NCBI GenBank assembly: GCA_964016885.1
Contig: OZ024758.1
Coordinates: forward strand, 19,468,001 to 19,532,000
Length of the DNA stretch: 64,000 nucleotides
Direction of reading: 5' to 3'
DNA from: Eledone cirrhosa
Taxonomy: Eukaryota
Shown here: positions 17,436-33,882 of the stretch, in pieces
How positions within the stretch are numbered: the stretch's first letter is position 1
How the letters are laid out: each line of letters begins with the position of its first letter
The notes under the pieces: generated by a model
The model's database searches: none
The model's input: only the letters and a program-made list of their open reading frames with translations
What the model was told of the DNA's origin: nothing
Position numbers and translations under genes: made by a program

Positions 17436-17481
<46 letters not shown>

Positions 17482-17486
<5 letters not shown>

Positions 17487-18510
17487 TAAAACATGTCTTT
17501 AGAATCACTAGATATAATATATACCATTTCCTCTCCCAATTAGCATAGTTAACCATGTAAAAAATCAATTAGAACAAGCTATAAGAATAAAGGCTCCTAT
17601 GAAGAAATCTCCGACAAATAACCGGAAGCAGCCTCTTCGCAGTGGCTACGATGGAGTATTTATCCAATATTTCGACAGCATGTAGACATCGACCAGATAG
17701 ACAGTCAACTAAACACAATTAGGTGCAAATTGAAACTTAGAAGAAATGCGTACATGCCTAATTATCTCTACCATGGGTTCGTCCGTATTTTAAGACATCC
17801 GATAACAGGGAATATACAGAGCTTCGGACTCATCAGGAGCGAACTCATAATTAGACATTTAATTTTCCAAAGTGATCGTGCCAAAAATACATTCAAACAT
17901 GGCTAAGAATCGTGACTTGGCAGCGGTCAAGTTAGAAATGATGTGATTAGTTGCTTACGGCGGGTAGGCTTATTGCTAGAAACGTAGCCCAATTTCGCCA
18001 AATTGTATCTCACCCTAAAGGGAGATTATTACATATAAAGGTTTACATATATATAAAGTCATAGATATATATGTGTATTGCAACAGGTCACTTTGTGGCT
18101 CAATGAAGAATTAATAAATTAAATAATCAGAGCTATATATCATAAAACATGTCTTTAGAATCACTAGATATAATATATTTCCTCTCCAAATTAGCATAAT
18201 TAACCATATAAAAAATCAATTAGACCAAGCTATAAGAATAAAGGCTCCTATGAAGAAATCCCCGACAAATAACCGAAAGCAGCCTCTTCGTGGTGGCTAC
18301 GATGGAGTATTTATCCAACATTTTCGACAGCATATGGGTAATTATGCTAATTGGGAGAGGAAATGGTATATATTATATCTAGTGATTCTGAAGACATGTT
18401 TTATGATATATAGCTCCGATTATTTAATTTATTAATTCGTCATTGAGCCACAACGTGACCTGTTGCAAAGCACATATATATCTATTACTTTACATATATG
18501 TAAACCTTTA
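17482..18510. mobile_element. Composite tandem + inverted repeat element (PLE-like arrangement) with an HHR-like motif at 17766-17839 (-)
   Basis: Direct repeat ~17482-17682 / ~18138-18333; ~18334-18510 is the reverse complement of ~18031-18205. Minus strand ctc-CTGATGA-gtccg...cggac-GAAc-ccatgg-TA-gag. Confidence 0.7.
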
Positions 18511-18572
18511 TATATATATATATATATGTGTATGTATGTATATATATACACATATATATATATATATATGTA

Positions 18573-18612
<40 letters not shown>

Positions 18613-18691
18613 TATTCATATATATTCATATATATATATTCATATATATATTCATATATATATATAAATATATATATGAATATATATATGA

Positions 18692-18727
<36 letters not shown>

Positions 18728-18742
18728 ATATAGTTAAATAAT

Positions 18743-18905
18743 TGTTTCTACTTTAGACACAAGGCCAGCAATTACCCAGTGTATTACTGGTACTTTATTT
18801 TATCGACCCTGTAAGGATGAAAGGCAAAGTCAACATCGGCGGGATTTGAACTCAGATCGTAAAGGGACGTAACTATGCTGGAAAGCAGGGCGTCCGACTC
18901 TCTAC
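18743..18905 (-). mobile_element. tRNA-derived SINE with 18-bp TSD
   Basis: TSD tgtatatagttaaataat at 18725-18742 and 18906-18923. Confidence 0.9.
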
Positions 18906-18989
18906 TGTATATAGTTAAATAATGAAGACGAACAGGGATGGCTGTACAATAAAAACTATCTGTCACTACATCGGACCCTCTACACGTGT

Positions 18990-19515
18990 CTATGTACATC
19001 TCGAATCTGGTTACTCATGTAAGCACTAAACCCACCGACGAATCCTTATAAGAACACTTACTCAAAAACGATGTACTTACATGCTCTCACGTATTTCTTT
19101 CTTTATGTTTTCCATGTTCTTATTTTCGTATTTTTTAATCTACCTTATCTTATATTTTACTTTTTATTTTTATAATTGTAACTACTCTATCCATTTACCA
19201 TATATGTTTTATTATTGATGTTATTGTTTTGATTATACGCTACTTTATTATTAATGTCATTGTTTTGAATATAGGGCATTTTTCTATATAAATCTTGCCT
19301 CGGGTGAATTACTTTCATATCTACGTACTCTGATGTGTTGACCAAATGTAAATAATGTATTGGAGGCCGAATGACGCAACATCAAGCGATTAGCGAAATC
19401 TAGACTCACCTGATCAACGAAATGATTGTCACTACTTTAAATAAAGCCCTCTTTATACAGCCAACCTTGTTACTCTTCATACTGGATTACCTATAACGTT
19501 AACTGTTTATCCCAT
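18990..19515 (+). mobile_element. Decayed PLE 3' end with degenerate HHR (~19325-19435)
   Basis: Broken peptide LES/LLM*ALNPPTN resembles the PLE E.L.I....P.LN terminus; DNA is homologous to 3505-3655. Confidence 0.55.
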
Positions 19516-19549
19516 ATATATGTATATATATATATATATATACATATAC

Positions 19550-19650
<101 letters not shown>

Positions 19651-19722
19651 TTTTGAGTTTATTTTGGTTGTATACCAACACCTCAGTATATAAATGTATA
19701 TATATATATATAGATATATATA

Positions 19723-19758
<36 letters not shown>

Positions 19759-19835
19759 TATATTTATATATATATAGATATATATATATATATATATATA
19801 AATATATATTTATATATATATAGATATATATATAA

Positions 19836-19876
<41 letters not shown>

Positions 19877-20461
19877 TATATTTATATATATATAGATATA
19901 GATATATATAAATATATATTTATATATATATATTTATATATATATAGATATAGATATATATAAATATATATTTATATATATATATATGTATATATAAATA
20001 TATATTTATATAAATATATAGATATATAAATATATTTATAAATATATATTTATATATATATATAGATATATATATATAACATATATATATAATATATATT
20101 TATATATATATATAGATATATGTATATATAAATATATATTTATATATATATGTGTGTCTGTATATATATATATATACATATAACTATAGATATATATATA
20201 TATATTTATATATATATATATAGATATATATATATAACATATATATATAATATATATTTATATATATATGTGTGTCTGTATATATATATATATACATATA
20301 ACTATAGATATATATATATATATTTATATATATATATATAGATATATATATATATCATATATATATAATATATATTTATATATATATGTGTGTCTGTATA
20401 TATATATATATATACATATAACTATAGATATATATATATATTTATATATATATATATTTAC

Positions 20462-20511
<50 letters not shown>

Positions 20512-20554
20512 ATATATATACATATAAATACTTATATATACATATATATATATT

Positions 20555-20605
<51 letters not shown>

Positions 20606-20655
20606 GTATAGTGACGAAACATAAGTCAATTGAATGAACTCATAATCCTTTATTT

Positions 20656-20711
20656 ACTGCTATTTATATTTCGATGATAGCCATTGAATAGCTATGACCT
20701 TATCAAGTAGT
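20656..20711 (-). ncRNA. HHR, U3-A8 variant, diverged relative of the 14139 family
   Basis: actac-TTGATAA-ggtcatagct attcaat ggctatcatc-GAAA-tataaa-TA-gcagt. Confidence 0.7.
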
Positions 20712-21334
20712 TAGTCAGTTCTTAGATATGCCAGCTCTGAGTTTATAGTGTTGATTGTATCAGACCCTTGGGACATATGAGCTTGTTAGGAATAATTTAA
20801 TGTTGTCAGCAGTAATAGTCTTGATTCTCATTGGTCAGTTTGTATATGGTAGTAGGGTTGGTATTTGACTCAATGAGGCAGGTGGTGTTGTAAAGTTCAA
20901 ACCGTCAGGCAAGATGACAATATTTCCATATGACTGATTTTCACAGATATATATTCAATTAAGGTTAATAGTATGAAATAGATACTACCGGTCATTCTTA
21001 AATTGAGGAATTTATGTGCAGTGGTGCTACTGAAATTTATGGTTGGAGTAGAACATTTACAAATAAAAAGACTTATGTATGTTGGCTTGCACTACACTCA
21101 CACCCACCTCCACAGACACACACACACATCCCTCACATAGAAAATGTGGCGTGATAATACTTACAATTATGGTTAGAGTCCAATACTTAGATAGTTTAGA
21201 AAATTTAGAAATAAAGTGTTTATGTTGATTCACTTGTACATACACTCACAACTACCCCCTCAGACACTTACACATCTACACACACATCCATACAGGTGTG
21301 TATATATATACATATATGCACGTATGTACGCACA

Positions 21335-21373
<39 letters not shown>

Positions 21374-21576
21374 TATATAGACAGAACATACATATATATA
21401 AAATATATACATATAAAAATATAAAATATATATATATACATAAAATACACACATACATAAAATATATACACACATAAAAGATACTTACATATATATATAT
21501 AAAATACACATACATACACATAAAATATATACATATATATATACACATGATACATATATACATATATGTATATAAA

Positions 21577-21975
21577 ATCAGGTTCAATAAAACGTGGTTT
21601 AGATGACTCCTAACCAGTAGAGGATCCGGTGGACCATCCAGCATAGGGACCACAAACTATGGGTGGTTGTTGTTGTCCATTGGTAATTGGTACGGGGTGT
21701 AGGGGACCTACAGGGGGTGGGACGTTGTGGGAGGCCGTAACCGGGGTTTATCCATATAACTTGAGGAAAGTTTCCGTCCTTAGGTCTCTGCATTCACCGA
21801 ATAAGTCGGCCCTTATGTTTAATACCTTGGTTCCGCCATGAAGAATCTCGTGTGTCTCACTAAGACAGGGGTTGCAAATACCAGACCCGCCTCTGTCTGG
21901 AGGAACCTTTCTAACCACGGACCAGACCAGAAAGTGCGGGGTCTTTTCAAGTTTGAGCTTCCAGATCAATTCAGA
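21577..21975 (-). mobile_element. PLE endonuclease C-terminal fragment related to the 9603 ORF
   Basis: SELIWKLK..LVWSVV..ICNPCLSETHEIL..LNIRADLFGECR parallels YLKSK..LKWEVI..FCNLCILETHNII..LNKKSEMFATCQ. Confidence 0.8.
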
Positions 21976-21979
21976 TATA

Positions 21980-22081
<102 letters not shown>

Positions 22082-22088
22082 TAGATAT

Positions 22089-22258
22089 TGTATATAACTG
22101 CTCTGTAGAACAACTGATGTTATTACATTGAGCTATTTATCTTACTGGTAATAAGGTAGTAATAAATTACTGTCTTTCACTGTTTAGAGTTCAAAATATA
22201 TATAACTATAAACAGTTTTAGTATATACATAACCATAAATAGTATCCTTAATACTATA
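22089..22258 (+). mobile_element. PLE 3' tail homologous to 13591-13758
   Basis: tataactgctctgta..ttacattgagcta..cttactggtaataaggtagtaata..cataaccataaatagtat.....atactat. Confidence 0.85.
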
Positions 22259-22519
22259 TATATGATATATTTATTTATTTATAAATATGGTTCTTTAATT
22301 ACTCAACGAATACAGTTTTACAGTAGAGTTATAAAAGCCCTCTACAGGGAAGGTTTTCTCGAGTTACTGATATTATTAAAAATATTAATAAACCTGATCA
22401 TTTATTATGAGAACGTCTTCATTTATTACTAGTTTGAATAATATATATATATAGTTTTAAACTGATTTGCACACGACAATAATTATTTTCTTTTTCTGGA
22501 ACATGATTATTCAAATAAT

Positions 22520-22704
22520 TGTTTCTACTTTAGGCACAAGGCCAGAAATTATCCAGTACATTACTGTTACTTTATTTTATCGACCCTTAAGGATGAAAGG
22601 CAAAGTCAACCTCGGCGGGATTTGAACTCAGTTCGTAAAGGGACGTAACAATGCTGGAAAGCATGGCGTCCGACCCTCTACCGATACTGCCAAACCACCG
22701 CCCT
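22520..22704 (-). mobile_element. Full-length tRNA-derived SINE (~185 bp) with 16-bp TSD
   Basis: A-box-like TGGCAGTATCGG and B-box GTTCAAATCC on the minus strand. TSD tgattattcaaataat at 22504-22519 / 22705-22720. Confidence 0.92.
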
Positions 22705-23027
22705 TGATTATTCAAATAATGAATGAATGTTTCAGTTCAACAGATTATACTGTAATTCATTTTTAAATTACTTTCAATATATATATAGTGTGTGTGCGTG
22801 TGTATTGAACACCACAACGTAAGAATTAATATCAATATGGATGTTCATGAAAAAGCTAGGCGACGTCTCCCGCATGCATTATACTATTTATTTTCTTTCT
22901 TAAAGTACATATCGCATTGAAGTTTCAAGAAGACTTGAGCAATAAACGTGAACCTATCCATTATATTATACATTTCACTTAGTTAGAGATTCTCTATGCT
23001 ATCTGATATTTTGCTCTATCGTATATA

Positions 23028-23312
<285 letters not shown>

Positions 23313-23316
23313 CTAT

Positions 23317-23520
23317 ATTGTTATACTTTGGGAGGGACATGTTGCCAATAAGACACACACGCACCAGTTGCCTTCACTTCAATTTATTATAATACATTTA
23401 TATATTTAGGAATTTATAAATTTCCGGTCGGTTGTTTGGTCCCACAACCAGATGATTGTTTATATATTGTCAAAGTTCTTTCGTCACACATTATGTGAAG
23501 TCTTAAGTGACTGGAGATTA
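23317..23520 (-). mobile_element. Repeat family with degenerate HHR at 23469-23511 (relatives ~54925-55178 and foldback ~57757-57913)
   Basis: Shared end ttgtta..tttgggagggNcatgttgccaataaga. Minus strand gtca-CTtAAGA-..tcaca taatg tgtga.-GAAA-gaac-TT-tgac. Confidence 0.6.
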
Positions 23521-23655
23521 TTTTCTTTGTTTTTGTGCCTCTCTATTGTTCTGTCCTACGCCATCTTGTTTTTGAACAATTTTTTTTTCCGTTGAGTGCA
23601 TCCAATCTACTGTAAAGCTCATTCTTTGACATAATCATTGAATATTGTTTAACAA

Positions 23656-23698
<43 letters not shown>

Positions 23699-24149
23699 GC
23701 AAAGAACTGGAAAAAACGAAGATAATACGTTATTATTTGTGGCGGCGAAAACAATTACACGCAAAGACAAAACCACGTCTACGGTATAAATGAAGTCGTA
23801 GACTAATATTCTATTAGGTGGTTGAAGGAGACGTTCTCTGGCAATGAACGGAAAAAAAGAAGATATCTTAAAAACGATGACATCTTCGTAATATCTTGTA
23901 ATTAAATGAATCCATAGGCGGTATGCCCGTCTAGGACTCGTTATATATATACGTATGTATGTGCCATTGTCAGTGTGCGTGTGTCTGTGTGTGTATAAGA
24001 CCTATAACTTATATATGTAAAGAAAAACCTCACTCTTGGGTGTACATTAATACACGGCGATGAATGTCAGCGTTATAAAGAACCCCCGTTTTTCTCAGGT
24101 CGATATATATGTGGAAAACATATATACAACATTTGCAAAAATAAAAAAA

Positions 24150-24345
24150 TAATAATTGTTTCTACTTTCTGGCACAGGGCTAGCAATTGCCTCAGTGCAT
24201 TAATGGTACTCTATTTTATCAACTCCGTAAGGATGAAAGGCAAAGTTAACCATGGCGGAATTTGAACTCAGACAGTATAGGGACGTAACTATGCAGGAAA
24301 GTATGCCCTCCGACCCTCCACCGACACTGCCAATTCACCACCCTA
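24150..24345 (-). mobile_element. tRNA-derived SINE copy
   Basis: Matches the SINE family. Confidence 0.85.
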
Positions 24346-25322
24346 CAAACATCAAGTAATGCATATATGGTAGAATGCATTTATGCATGTATGTATCTAT
24401 AATTATATATAGATTTGCTGCCCGCATTGTGAACATTGTAGTACTTAATATTTTTCTCGAATTGAACTCAGACCGTGAAAAATGAATCAGTGTGAACTGA
24501 TGACATAAGCAAACTATTTATAATACGTTCCTTGCTAAACATTATATAATATACAAATACAAACAAATCCCAAACGACTTACATAAACAACCTGCAGAAC
24601 TAGCAATACTATAGCATAGCAATAGTTTTGTCCTATGGAAAAATACACCATTTTAGAATTATTATGTTTACTGAGGATTCACTTTTATTTTAAAAGCTGA
24701 CAAAATTGTGTACTTAATTATTTATATATTATCTACTCGCATTTTGTTAAAACATTTTCAATGTTTTGTCCATTAGTTTCTTAGAAAACATATTAAATAT
24801 TCATTAAAATAATGGAGACAAGGAATTATCACTTTAGAAGAAAAAAAAAAAAAATACGAACAATACTTTCTGATAGTCAGCCCATATGTTAAATATGTAT
24901 TATTTGCTCAAAAATAACAACATTAAAACTGTATTTTCATTCCAGATATTTACTAATATAATAGCAGTTGTTTATATGCATTTAATAAATATATCCATAT
25001 CGAACCCAACCGTTTCAAATAGACGGCGTTCTAAATACATCATAATATTTGCTGTTGTTTTTGTATTGTAGTCGTTGCTGCGCATCTTCTTCTTTTTCTT
25101 CTTTTTTCTTCTTTTTCTTCTCTTTCTTCTTTTTCTTCTTTTTCTTCTTTTTCTTCTTTTCTTCTTCTTCTTCTTCGATAACGTCCAGAGTTGTTTGACA
25201 TATGTGTCATAGTCGAGACAAAGTGAAACAAATCGGGATGCAGACGATGAAGTTCGTTCTAAACGATTGCGACCTGTTCTCATATTTCGATCGTCCTGAA
25301 CCGATGAGCGTAGCAGTTTGAC

Positions 25323-25440
25323 TTAAGAAAGAGCCCCATCCTTATGTATTGACTGGAGTGTTAATTCATTTATCCTTTTTTGAGCGACCGTGAAAGTTTG
25401 CCTTGAATCTAATGCGTATTCTTGTAGGAAATGTTTCCGT
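25323..25440 (-). other. Candidate terminal coding exon (RKHFLQEYALDSRQTFTVAQKRINELTLQSIHKDGALS*)
   Basis: Acceptor-like ttattctcacAG followed by 38 open codons to TAA. No recognised homology and no partner exons found. Confidence 0.2.
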
Positions 25441-25734
25441 CTGTGAGAATAAATTGAATAAGCGATAAACAGTTCTAAAGACCATGCTGCTGGCTGGTGC
25501 TATTTGGGGATAGGAATGATATCATGGCTGGACCTTATGACCATTGGATAGCAGATAATAAGGGGGGATAATATGTCAACCTACTCATCTCTCGATAAGT
25601 AGGCTGACAGATACACCTGATTAATTGCCTGATGAAGCATTGAATACTATAAACATATATTTCACCTGACCCTTAGGCGGATACTCCTTCTTTGCTGTCA
25701 TCTTAATTTGCTTTGTGCCAAAAGTAGAAAGAGT

Positions 25735-26170
25735 TTTATGCATGAAACCACCGGTCACATCGATAACTGCATTAATAAAAGATACGACTCTTTTAAATGT
25801 CTGATTTTTACCCATCAGCACGATGCACCAGCTGTGGTGGAGTTCAGAGGTTTTAGAGTGTTATTGCTAAACTTTCCACGTGATTATAGTCTATACGCAT
25901 TATTGTATCGGCTAGGATGCCATATATTTGGAGTGACATGTAGGTATAAATTGTAACTCATCTACTCCTGGAACTCTCTGAGTTAATGATAAAGTGCAGA
26001 GAACTTTTCTATGCATAGATATTTTCATTTTTTTGCTCATGCTCCCAAGGAAATGTCTCACAGCTCTCTTCAAAAACTTAACTTCTGTAGCATTTACCTT
26101 TAAGCCCCGAGGAAGTGAGGATGCACGACATATCCTTCGTTGCTCACGAATCCCATAACCATCACAGTTG
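25735..26170 (-). mobile_element. Decayed Tc1/mariner (maT/DD37D-like) transposase remnant
   Basis: Broken peptides VMVMGFVSNEGYVVHPHF..GLKVNA, QE*MSYNLYLHVTPNIWHPS and INAVIDVTGGFM resemble VMV.GVVSNEG.VMPPHF, WPPSSPD and EAVI.A.GG motifs. Confidence 0.65.
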
Positions 26171-26924
26171 CATATTTTAATTCTGATTATTCGCGATTAG
26201 TTCTAACACATCCAATAGTCTTTATGGCTGAATTGTAACAAGTGACAAACGAAAGTTTGGACTATCATTTTATTGATTTGAATGAACATATAAATCCAAG
26301 TGAACTATTTATCTTCTGCTCCAAGCAAATTAAAGAGACATATTGTCTAATGAAAACCGAATGACTAGAAAACAATATGCATTGATGTATTACATTATAC
26401 GCACGACATGATTAGTAAGAATAATACAATTCTGAATAACAAACACACATGAATATATAATGTATTCAGATTCCACATTTGCTATCTCTAAGCCGATATA
26501 TTGGTATGTGTAGCATTTGCTGGACAACGGGAAAACTTCAATAAATTAATCATATATATTGCAAACCTGACTATCTGTATATCCAATTGTGAGTGATTAT
26601 ATTACGAAACATTCAGATAATTCCCATGCGTCATACCCAAGTGTGTGTGTGTATGTGTGTGTGCGTGTGTGTGTGTGTGCGTGTGTGTGTGATCGTGTGT
26701 GGTGTGTGTGCTTATGTGCGTTTTTATTTATTAAGTTTTCTGAAGAAGTGTCATAAATGATTATGTTTTGTATGGAATTGAACAATATATATTGTTGTCA
26801 GTATATGTAAACAATTATAATAGACACGGAAACATGTTAAAACAAATAAATCCCCAATCTCCTTCCTCACAGTTGTTTATAGTTTCATCAGTACAACATT
26901 TGCTTTAAATATATATATACATAT

Positions 26925-27025
26925 ACGTCGGGGTCCTACTCGTTCCTGTTACCCACTCTACTACCCTAAGTATTGAGTACATTGGTGCGTTATGGTCCAC
27001 CTGGTTTCTTACCACATTTCCTTCG

Positions 27026-27028
<3 letters not shown>
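26925..27028 (+). mobile_element. PLE tail copy (45930 family) starting near the predicted HHR cleavage site
   Basis: cGTC-ggggtcctactcgttcc...ccacatttccttcgtta between TA runs. Confidence 0.75.
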
Positions 27029-27084
<56 letters not shown>

Positions 27085-29599
27085 CATATATATATAAATA
27101 TATATTTTTTTTATGTTTGCTTTCACATATTTTATCCTTATAAACATCGTTTATGGATGTCACGATAATACAGAGTTTAAAAAAAACATAAAAAATATCG
27201 TCTTCGAATTATTATTTTTGATCCCATAACTTCGCACAACATGCAGCGACATTTAAACGCATACAATATGTACACGCTCTTCACATACGTGCAAATTAAA
27301 TTGTGATGTACAATGTGCTATTCAAGTGATTATGAATAATGGAATCCATATTCAGTATGCGTTTACTGAAAAAATGTTATACTCCTCAATAAATATCTTA
27401 AATCAGTTAGTTCCCTCTAGTATGAAATGTATTAGCATAGTGAACTTCGTTGAAGCATTCTTCTTTCTTTATGGCGACAACACTAGGTAATATATTACAG
27501 AAACCACGATGGATTAGATTGAATCATATATAACCCCTTCTCTATTAATTGGAAAGATCACACCCTACTTTCATTCATATTCTCTATAAATTGTATCAAA
27601 ATTTAATGATACTGGTAATTGGGATGCATTTAAAAGATTGCTGAATTATTTTTGCCGCGAACCAAATATATTGATGGTTGATAATTTAAAATTCTTCATT
27701 GAATAATTATGATTCTCAAAAGAGTCACGACATTTCCTATTTCCACACCAAATTATTGGAAGAGTGTCCCAAACAAATTAATTGTTCCTTCTGTTTCAAT
27801 AGCTTAGAATCTGTTCCATATCTGCATTGACAAACACACATCAATATTGTTGTAATCTCTTGGGGAATTCTCCGTTTCAGGGACAAATTGATAAAGTTAA
27901 TGATTCTGCTTTATTCGAGAGACAAGCATACAGCGTTCATGTTATTACTGCGAGAATTACTCCTGTAATTATGTTGACTTATATTTATAATGTGTAATAG
28001 TATTACTATATTTCTTAGACTATGTTTGTTAGGAATGCATTAACACCTTAGCAGCTTCCATATTTTGGTTTGATATTATGTAATATATTGTGAATTGCGA
28101 GGTATCTGTGTTTGACATATCCCTTTCGTTGTAATGTAAACCTTCACTGACCTGTTTTCATTACAGCTCATGAGTGCCACCTTTAGAGATTAATGTTGTA
28201 TATGTTTTATTCCAATATTCCTAATAAGAATCATCTATGTGATTTGATATGAAAATCCTATACAATTCAGCAACGAATATTAAATTAATTTAAATCCGTT
28301 CGTTTTGTATGGAAATATATATCCGAAAGCAATACTTCAGTATTTCATAAATTGAACTCTTCTTCCGAGTGTCTGTTTATATCTTTCATACACAAATCTA
28401 TATCTAATATATGGAACACATATATCATATTTCCTATATAAATATATTAACGCCACACATATTTCGGCCATACCAAACTTAAATTTAAAAGATCAGTTTA
28501 TAACACTTTATTGTACATATATGTATTTAATCGTAGTGCAAGTCAATGTAGCATACCATAAAGTTTAGCGCTTGTTTTTAAGTGGCTGATAGGAGACACG
28601 GGCATGTGTGCAAAACGAACACATCTATACGCGAGAAACTATGATGCATCATAGAGAGGACAGGGCATGGGGATCTGAACAATTTAGATCAATGGAAAGC
28701 TTTCTATAAGGTAGACCACCAATCACAGTAACTGTCCACAAATCATTGGGACTTCGTTCCGTATTCAAAGGACGTGTCGCTAATATACACAGTGGTGACT
28801 ATAAGAGCACAATGAAAACAATACTAATGACAGAGAAATATGACTAAATATATTATTTTAATGATTGACCTAATATATTCAGTGTTTTTATATTTCGGAA
28901 CATAGTCCTTCAACAGAAGATAAAACGAGAAATAACATATGAAATAGAAAGATAAAAAGTGCGACGAGGAAGAAACGGAAAAATAAAAACATGTGATTTC
29001 GTCAGCTTTATTTTTATTTTATTTTTTTTGTGGAGGGCTTGTATTAACATAGAAAAAATAAAGAAACACTAGGGGAGAAAGTTAGAGAAATTCGAGGCTA
29101 AAAAATATATAAAACTGATTTATTCAACTTACCTTTATATCTTTCATAGTGGGTGATTAACATTTTTATACCGTTGATTAAATCTAAAGTTATGTTACGT
29201 CTGTTATACAGTGCATATATGGTATACGTGTATCTATCTGGTCTGAAAAGTAAAATACAAACATCAAAGTAGAAGATATTAATATTTACTAATTAAATTC
29301 TATTAAAATGAAAATGCGTATTCACATATGCTATTCATGGGAAATCAAACGAAATAATTTATTAAAAAATTTAAATATTCTAGAATGTTTAGAATAGAAA
29401 AAACAATAATAAACAAGATATACGAGACGGAAAATCACTACATATCAAATGAGCCAAATTTCATTCAAAATTATTCAAGCTTATATGAAGCTAGACATGA
29501 ATATTTCATGTTTATCATTTAAAATAAAATGTATTCATTTGCACAATCATATCATTTCTGCAGATCCTCTCATCCGCTCTTATGTATGTATTCATATAC

Positions 29600-29632
<33 letters not shown>

Positions 29633-29633
29633 G

Positions 29634-29712
<79 letters not shown>

Positions 29713-29795
29713 CATACATAAATATATATTCATATATCTAATAATCTCTCTCTCTACCTTTCTCTTTATATATAAATATATACATACACACATTC

Positions 29796-29831
<36 letters not shown>

Positions 29832-29832
29832 T

Positions 29833-29876
<44 letters not shown>

Positions 29877-30192
29877 CATACATATATAAACAAATATATA
29901 TTTATATATATACATACATATATAAATAAATATATATTTATATATATACATACATATATAAATAAATATATATTTATATATATACATACATATATAAATA
30001 TATATATATTTATATATATACATACATATATAAATATATATATATTTATATATATACATACATATATAAATATATATATATTTATATATATACATATATA
30101 TATAAATATATATATATTTATATATATACATACATATATAAATATATATATATATTTATATATATACATACATATATAAATATATATATATT

Positions 30193-31246
<1,054 letters not shown>

Positions 31247-31271
31247 AATATATATATATATAAATATAAAT

Positions 31272-31338
<67 letters not shown>

Positions 31339-31454
31339 TATATAAATATATATAAATATATATATATAAATATATATATATAAATATATATAAATATATA
31401 TATATAAATATATATAAATATATATATATAAATATATATATATAAATATATATA

Positions 31455-31627
<173 letters not shown>

Positions 31628-32269
31628 ATGTATGTGTGTGTGTGTGTGTGTATTATAGTCATGCACATTACATTTATAAATATATGCATACAGAAGACAT
31701 ATACATATACATACATAAATGGTGTATATGTGTGTGTATAAACACAAATGAATAATACTCTATATATGGAAGTGGAAATATTGACACCGTGGTACTCTCT
31801 AGACCAATGACACCATTCAAATTCTACTTCATCGCACACAACCACAGTTACAAACCTTCGCATACATACACACATATATATATACATACGTACAGGCACA
31901 CATAATTTTTTTTTACTTTTTGCACTCTGAAATGTTTGTGTGGGTAATATAAATTGGTGATGTTGTGTAACATAATATTTTAAATACAAACAAGGCATTA
32001 AATGAATCTTTAATATGTACATTTAATAGTTTAATGGATGTTTAGTGTCCAACATTTAGACAAACTTAATTCAATGAAATATATCTATTCAATTAATTAT
32101 GTACATCGATTATTAATTTCGATTTAGTTATGTTGTTCGCTGTATTTACATCTGAACTGCATTAGCAGTTGTTTCAGTGAAAACCTGAAATATATTTTGT
32201 GCCATTATTTTTTCATCCTTATGATAATTATTATGATCATCTATATTGTCAGAATCAACAGAATTGCAA

Positions 32270-32720
32270 CCTCCACCACCGCCGCCGCCACCACCATCAC
32301 CACCAATGTTCACAAAATCACCAACCCTAAACCATCACCACTAATTTTTTATTTTTATAAAAGCACCATCACCACAACCGCCGCCCCCCCCAGACCCCCA
32401 ACCCCTACCCCCCCATACACATACACTACCACCACCATTACCACCACCAATGTTCACAAAATCTCCAGCCCTACACCACCCCCACCCCCATCATCATCAC
32501 CAATGTTCACAAAATCACCAGTCTCAAACCAACACTACCACCATCATCACCAATGTTCAGAAATTCACCACCCGCACACCACTAGCTCTTCCATCACCAA
32601 CATTGTTCTCAGAATAACCAGCACCAAGAACACCACGACCACCACCAAAACCACACCTAGCACAATCATCAACAACACTATCAACACCATCATCAACATC
32701 ACCGTCGTAATCATCACTGT
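32270..32720. repeat. (ACC)-rich minisatellite with recurring caccaatgttcacaaaatcacca unit
   Basis: Unit recurs near 32300, 32445, 32498, 32548 and 32594; explains the Thr/Pro-rich ORF. Confidence 0.8.
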
Positions 32721-33788
32721 CTCCTCCAGTTTCTGTAATATTTAAAATTTATTCTCATGCGACAACCTTGCTAATGTATACTTTTCATGTTTATGCTGCA
32801 TTACGTTTTGCGGTTGTTGAATTCTTAGGGAATGCCCCTCCCATTTCCGTTTGTTGTGACATGTATTTTCACGCCCATTGTACTATCATACGCTCTGTCG
32901 GTTAGATTACATGTTTTAATGTTGTTATTTTGTAGGTGATTAGGTTTATCATATGATAGTTCATATATGTTAGGTGCATCATCATCAGGTTGGGACAGAT
33001 TTCAGATTATGAGATTTTGACCGCATATTTGTCATTATAAAATGACGCACAGAATTTTGGTCCGTGTGTTTTTTGAATGAATTCTCGTATTAAGATTACT
33101 ATCACATATTTTGTAATTTGTCATATTCTATATTAGAGGATATGATGAACTTGTAATTTATGTATGATTTACTATGGATATAATGATTATTTTCATTAAA
33201 TTTGGATATGATTATAGTTCAATAATAGACTGATTCATCTGTCGAATTGTTTTCCGAACTCCGCATCCGTATATTTGAATTTGTGATCTCAATTCTGGCT
33301 TGATGGCCGGACATGTGTTACACATGAAACAATTGGCTATCGGTAAAATAATCCTTGTTCAGGACCAGACATTTGAAAGAATCTGTCATTGTAGGGATAC
33401 AATGTCAACTTTTATCAACATGCCTTTGATGAATACATACCTTTATATTTGGACATAAGTAAATATTATATGAAAATGTTAGAAACGAATGAAAATATGC
33501 ATCAAATTGTTTGTTTCAACTTGTAGATGTTCATTGATAATAATGATCGAATTATAAGCAATTCAATGTAGCTTTTCATTTAGGATTGAATAATAAGCTG
33601 AACTTATGATATTCATGAAGTACAAATATTACATTATCATGATAATAACATTAAGTTAATTTATAATTGTGCTACCAAATCTATTAAGTATGTTGACGTG
33701 AATTATATTATCTAGTTTATTAATTCGGTTGTACTAATATATGAAATAATCAAGTGATTAGAAATGAGTGAAATAAATTAGTCAAAAC

Positions 33789-33882
<94 letters not shown>

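Noticed and set aside
17399-17436. Doubled ccctgatga HHR-like core
   Set aside because: No GAAA, stem III or closing stem I follows.
22640-22704. tRNA gene suggested by A/B boxes
   Set aside because: It is the head of a multi-copy SINE with TSDs; no cloverleaf evident.
24972-25283. Lys/Arg-rich protamine-like ORF
   Set aside because: Derived from a (TTC/TTTTC)n simple repeat.
32197-32745. Mucin/extensin-like 182-aa ORF
   Set aside because: Product of the ACC-rich minisatellite.
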